The notes under the pieces: generated by a model | What the model was told of the DNA's origin: nothing | The model's database searches: none | What the model saw: the letters and a program-made list of their open reading frames with translations, nothing else | Assembly (NCBI GenBank): GCA_937870685.1 | Contig: CALMZX010000144.1 | Coordinates: forward strand, 859-64,858 | DNA length: 64,000 nt | Reading direction: 5' to 3' | DNA from: an uncultured Alphaproteobacteria bacterium | Lineage (GTDB): Bacteria; Pseudomonadota; Alphaproteobacteria; Rhizobiales; Aestuariivirgaceae | In this document: one piece after another, positions 60,587 to 64,000 of the stretch | Layout of the letters: the number at the start of each line of letters is the position of its first letter | How positions within the stretch are numbered: position 1 is the first letter of the stretch | Program-made: the position numbers and the translations under genes

Positions 60587-61735
60587 TCAGCCCTTCACCA
60601 TGATGCCGGGGTTGAAGAGATTGCGGGGATCGAAGGACTGCTTCACCCGCGTCGAAAGCGCGGCCAGAGCCGGCGGTTGCGGCATGAAGGCCGAGACCCT
60701 TGCCCGTACTGCTTCCGGCGCGCGCACCAGCGTGGCATGGCCTGTCGGCAGGGAGGAACGGATGACAGACTGACCGCCATCATCCGCACCTGCAACCGCC
60801 AGCCAGAGCAATCCGCCGGCCCAATCAAAGAAGTGTGACGCTTCGAGGTTCGCCGCAATCGCTGCCGCAACTTTCGCGCCGTCGGTCGGCGTGGTGCTGA
60901 CGCGCCAGACAGCGTGCTCCCTCAGGCCCCAGAAAGGTTTCACATCGCGCAGGCCCGCCCACAGCCGGGCTGAGTCCTTCTGGCCGAGAATGCCTGCATC
61001 GCGGCCCAGCAGCTTCACCAGCCGGTCGCGGCGGGCGACGACGGACGGGGCGATGCCTTCAAGGCGCAGCCATGTCGCTTCGCCGGGCACATGGGCGGCG
61101 GCGGAGACATCGGCGGGCGACTGCATGGCATCGGCCATGAGGCGAACGGCCGTTTCATCATCCAGATGGCGCAGCACGATCGTCTCTTCTGTCTCAGGCA
61201 GTGGCAGCACCTTGACGATGATCGAGGTCATGGCGGCGAGAGAGCCATATGAGCCGGTGGCCAGCTTGGCGAGATCATAGCCTGTCACGTTCTTCACCAC
61301 GCGGGCTCCGGCGCGGATGCGCTGGCCCGATCCGGTGACAGCGGAGAAGCCCAGCACGTGGTCGCGTGCCGCCCCGGCGCGAATGCGGCGCGGACCGGAC
61401 AGGCCGCAAGCCACGATGCCGCCAAGGCTGCCGGATGACGGGCTGCCGAGAAGACTGCTGAGGTCCGGCGGTTCAAAGGCCAGCATCTGGCCATGCTTGC
61501 GCAGGAGTTTTTCAATGTCGGCAAGTGGTGTTGTGGCACCGGCTTCGAGGATCAGCTCTTCCGGCTCATAGACGGCAATGCCAGCGAAATGTTTCAGCGA
61601 CAGCACAGTCGTGGTGTCGACCGGATTGCCCAGCGCCATCTTTGTACCGAGACCCTGAATGCGCAGCGGCGCTTGCGCCGCCGCCACCAGTTCTGCGAGT
61701 TCATCCTCGGTCCTTGGGGCCATGGTCCGGGTCAT
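60587..61735 (-). CDS. glcE: Glycolate oxidase FAD-binding subunit
   Basis: YEPEEL, LAFEPP, VVKNVTGYDL, KQSFDP. Confidence 0.93.
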   Translation of the reverse strand: MTRTMAPRTEDELAELVAAAQAPLRIQGLGTKMALGNPVDTTTVLSLKHFAGIAVYEPEELILEAGATTPLADIEKLLRKHGQMLAFEPPDLSSLLGSPSSGSLGGIVACGLSGPRRIRAGAARDHVLGFSAVTGSGQRIRAGARVVKNVTGYDLAKLATGSYGSLAAMTSIIVKVLPLPETEETIVLRHLDDETAVRLMADAMQSPADVSAAAHVPGEATWLRLEGIAPSVVARRDRLVKLLGRDAGILGQKDSARLWAGLRDVKPFWGLREHAVWRVSTTPTDGAKVAAAIAANLEASHFFDWAGGLLWLAVAGADDGGQSVIRSSLPTGHATLVRAPEAVRARVSAFMPQPPALAALSTRVKQSFDPRNLFNPGIMVKG

Positions 61736-63225
61736 CAGAAGCGCGGCAGGTCTGGGTGGGGCAGGTTGCCCTTGCTCACATGCATGCGGCCCAGTTCGGC
61801 ACAGCGGTGCAGCACGGGGAAGACCTTGCCGGGATTGAGCAGGCCTTTCTCGTCGAAGGCGCATTTCACCCGTTGCTGCTGGGCCAGGTCGGCATCAGAA
61901 AACATTTCGGGCATGAGGTCGCGCTTTTCGATGCCGACGCCATGTTCACCGGTGAGCACGCCGCCCACCTTCACGCAGAGGCGCAGGATGTCGGCGCCAA
62001 AGGCTTCGGCGCGGTCGAACTCGTTGTCGGTGTTGGCATCGAAGAGAATGAGCGGGTGCAGGTTGCCGTCCCCGGCGTGGAAGACGTTGGCGACTCGAAG
62101 GCCATGCTTGCGGGACAATTCCTCCATGCCGCGCAGCACCTGCGGCAGGGCCTTGCGGGGAATGGTGCCATCCATGCAGATGTAGTCGGGCGAAATGCGG
62201 CCCACCGCCGGGAAGGCGGATTTTCGCCCGGCCCAGAAGGCGAGGCGTTCGGCCTCGCTGGTCGAGACCTTCACGGTCTGCGCCTTGTTTTTCTCGGCAA
62301 TGGCCTTCACCCGGTCCATCAGATGGTCAACCTCAACCTGCGGCCCGTCCAGCTCAATGATGAGCAGCGCTTCGGCATCGCGGGGGTAGCCGCAATGGGC
62401 AAAGTCTTCTGCCGCGTGAATGGCCGGACGGTCCATCATTTCCATGCCGCCGGGAATGATCCCCGCCGCAATCACGTCCGCCACGCATTGCCCGCCGTCT
62501 TCGCTGGAGGCAAAGCCCACAAGCAAGGCGCGCGCCGTCTCCGGCTTCTGCAGGATGCGGACTGTCACTTCGGTGACAACGCCGAGCAGGCCCTCCGAGC
62601 CTGTCATCAGACCCAGCAAATCGTAGCCTTCGCTGTCGAGATGCTTGCCGCCCAGCCGGATCACTTCACCCGTGACCAGCACCATTTCGAGGCCGAGGAT
62701 GTTGTTGGTGGTGAGGCCGTACTTCAGGCAATGCACGCCACCGGAATTTTCCGCCACATTGCCGCCGATGGTGCAGGCGATCTGCGAGGAGGGATCGGGG
62801 GCATAATAGAAGCCCTTGTGCTCGACGGCCTTGGTGATGGCGAGGTTGGTGACACCGGGCTGCACCACGGCAGAGCGGTTGGCGAAGTCCACCTCCAGCA
62901 CGCGGTTGAATTTCGCCATGCCGAGCAGGATGCCGTCAGCGAGGGGCAGCGCGCCGCCCGAGAGCGATGTGCCGGCACCGCGCGGCACCACCTTGACGCC
63001 GTTGTCGTGGGCGTAGCGCAGCACCTGCGAGACCTGTTCGGTCGTCTCCGGCAAGGCCACGACGAGCGGCGGCTGGCGGTAGGCGGCAAGGCCATCGGAT
63101 TCATAGGCGCGGAGGGCCGGGGCGGCGTCAATCACATGCGATGCCAGCAGAATGCGGCGCAAGGCGGTGACGATCTCGCCACGGCGCGCCATCACTTCCG
63201 CATCCGGGATCGGCATCGCCACCAT
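61735..63225 (-). CDS. glcD: Glycolate oxidase FAD-linked subunit
   Basis: PRGAGTSLSGG, YAPDPSSQIACTIGGN, FHAGDGNLHP, GEHGVG, LNPGK. Confidence 0.95.
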   Translation of the reverse strand: MVAMPIPDAEVMARRGEIVTALRRILLASHVIDAAPALRAYESDGLAAYRQPPLVVALPETTEQVSQVLRYAHDNGVKVVPRGAGTSLSGGALPLADGILLGMAKFNRVLEVDFANRSAVVQPGVTNLAITKAVEHKGFYYAPDPSSQIACTIGGNVAENSGGVHCLKYGLTTNNILGLEMVLVTGEVIRLGGKHLDSEGYDLLGLMTGSEGLLGVVTEVTVRILQKPETARALLVGFASSEDGGQCVADVIAAGIIPGGMEMMDRPAIHAAEDFAHCGYPRDAEALLIIELDGPQVEVDHLMDRVKAIAEKNKAQTVKVSTSEAERLAFWAGRKSAFPAVGRISPDYICMDGTIPRKALPQVLRGMEELSRKHGLRVANVFHAGDGNLHPLILFDANTDNEFDRAEAFGADILRLCVKVGGVLTGEHGVGIEKRDLMPEMFSDADLAQQQRVKCAFDEKGLLNPGKVFPVLHRCAELGRMHVSKGNLPHPDLPRF

Positions 63226-63228
63226 GGT

Positions 63229-64000
63229 TCAGCCGTTCACTGCCAGATAAACCGAATAAAGCGAGGTGCAGCCGCAGATGAACAGGCGGTTGCGCTTCAG
63301 GCCGCCGAAGCAGACGTTGGCCACAAGTTCGGGGATGTGGATTTTGCCGATCAGCGTTCCGTCCGGCAGGTAGCAGTGCACGCCATCCCCGGCGCTGGTC
63401 CAGATGCGGCCGTCCGTATCCACGCGAAAACCATCGAACAGGCCCGCCGTGCAGTCGGCAAACACCCGGGAAGCGCCCAGCGTCTTGCCATCCGGTTTCA
63501 CCGTGAGGGCGCGGATGTGTTTGGGGCCATTTTCCTTATGGGAAATGCCGGTGTCCGCCACATAGAGAATGCTCTCGTCGCGGGAGAAGGCGAGGCCGTT
63601 GGGCTTCTCGAAGTCGTCGGCCACCAGCGCGACGTCGCCCGAGGGATCGATGCGATAGACATGACATGCGCCGATTTCGCTTTCGGCCCTGCCGCCCTCA
63701 TAGTCGGCGAGAATGCCGTAGCTGGGATCGGTGAACCAGATGGAGCCATCTGATTTCACCACGACGTCATTTGGCGAGTTGAAGCGCTTGCCCTTGTAGC
63801 GGTCAGCCAGCACGTTGACGGTGCCGTCATGCTCGGTGCGGGTGACACGGCGCGCACCGTGTTCGCAGGTGACGAGGCGGCCTTCGCGGTCAGTGGTGTT
63901 GCCGTTGGAATAGTTGGAGGGCGTGCGGAACACGGCCATGTGGCCGTCACATTCGTCGTAACGCAGCATGCAGTTGTTGGGGATGTCGGAGAAGACGAGA
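63229..64000 (-). CDS. SMP-30/gluconolactonase family protein (5' end outside the window)
   Basis: VFSDIPNN, NSPNDVVV..DGSIWFTDP, PNGLAFS, FDGFRVD, VANVCFGG. Confidence 0.9.
   Translation of the reverse strand, partial: LVFSDIPNNCMLRYDECDGHMAVFRTPSNYSNGNTTDREGRLVTCEHGARRVTRTEHDGTVNVLADRYKGKRFNSPNDVVVKSDGSIWFTDPSYGILADYEGGRAESEIGACHVYRIDPSGDVALVADDFEKPNGLAFSRDESILYVADTGISHKENGPKHIRALTVKPDGKTLGASRVFADCTAGLFDGFRVDTDGRIWTSAGDGVHCYLPDGTLIGKIHIPELVANVCFGGLKRNRLFICGCTSLYSVYLAVNG

Overview
GC-rich chromosomal segment of an alphaproteobacterium, probably Hyphomicrobiales. The assignment is inferred from the GAAC-N7-GAAC LexA box, chvE-gguAB, hisB-H-A-F-E-coaA, fabA-fabB-fabI and hemH-SPFH-NfeD. About 60 densely packed CDSs: a histidine-utilisation cluster (hutIHG / hutFC; no hutU in the window, and a CoA-transferase plus acyl-CoA dehydrogenase are coupled after hutG); an FNR-box-preceded 2-oxoacid oxidoreductase whose delta subunit is fused with an NADPH-type flavoprotein; a ThiS/MoaD-like protein + beta-propeller pair; a Zur-box znuA-DUF1007-NicO/RcnA-tspO cluster; the SOS cassette imuA-imuB-dnaE2; his, fab and glc operons; and two ABC importers. 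No rRNA, tRNA, CRISPR array, transposase or integrase was seen. The most notable non-obvious signals are: (i) a bipartite palindromic repeat family with covarying stems that occurs intergenically, is translated in-frame inside DnaE2, and forms a 42-aa ORF that overlaps both the hisH stop and the hisA start (CATGA at both ends); (ii) a ~103-nt rod-like candidate ncRNA starting exactly at the predicted +1 of a near-consensus sigma70 promoter between two convergent genes; (iii) the hut operon extended by CoA-dependent enzymes, possibly a route for an imidazole acid such as imidazolepropionate. All annotations come from motif recognition by eye; no database searches were run. Starts were adjusted by hand from the ORF track.
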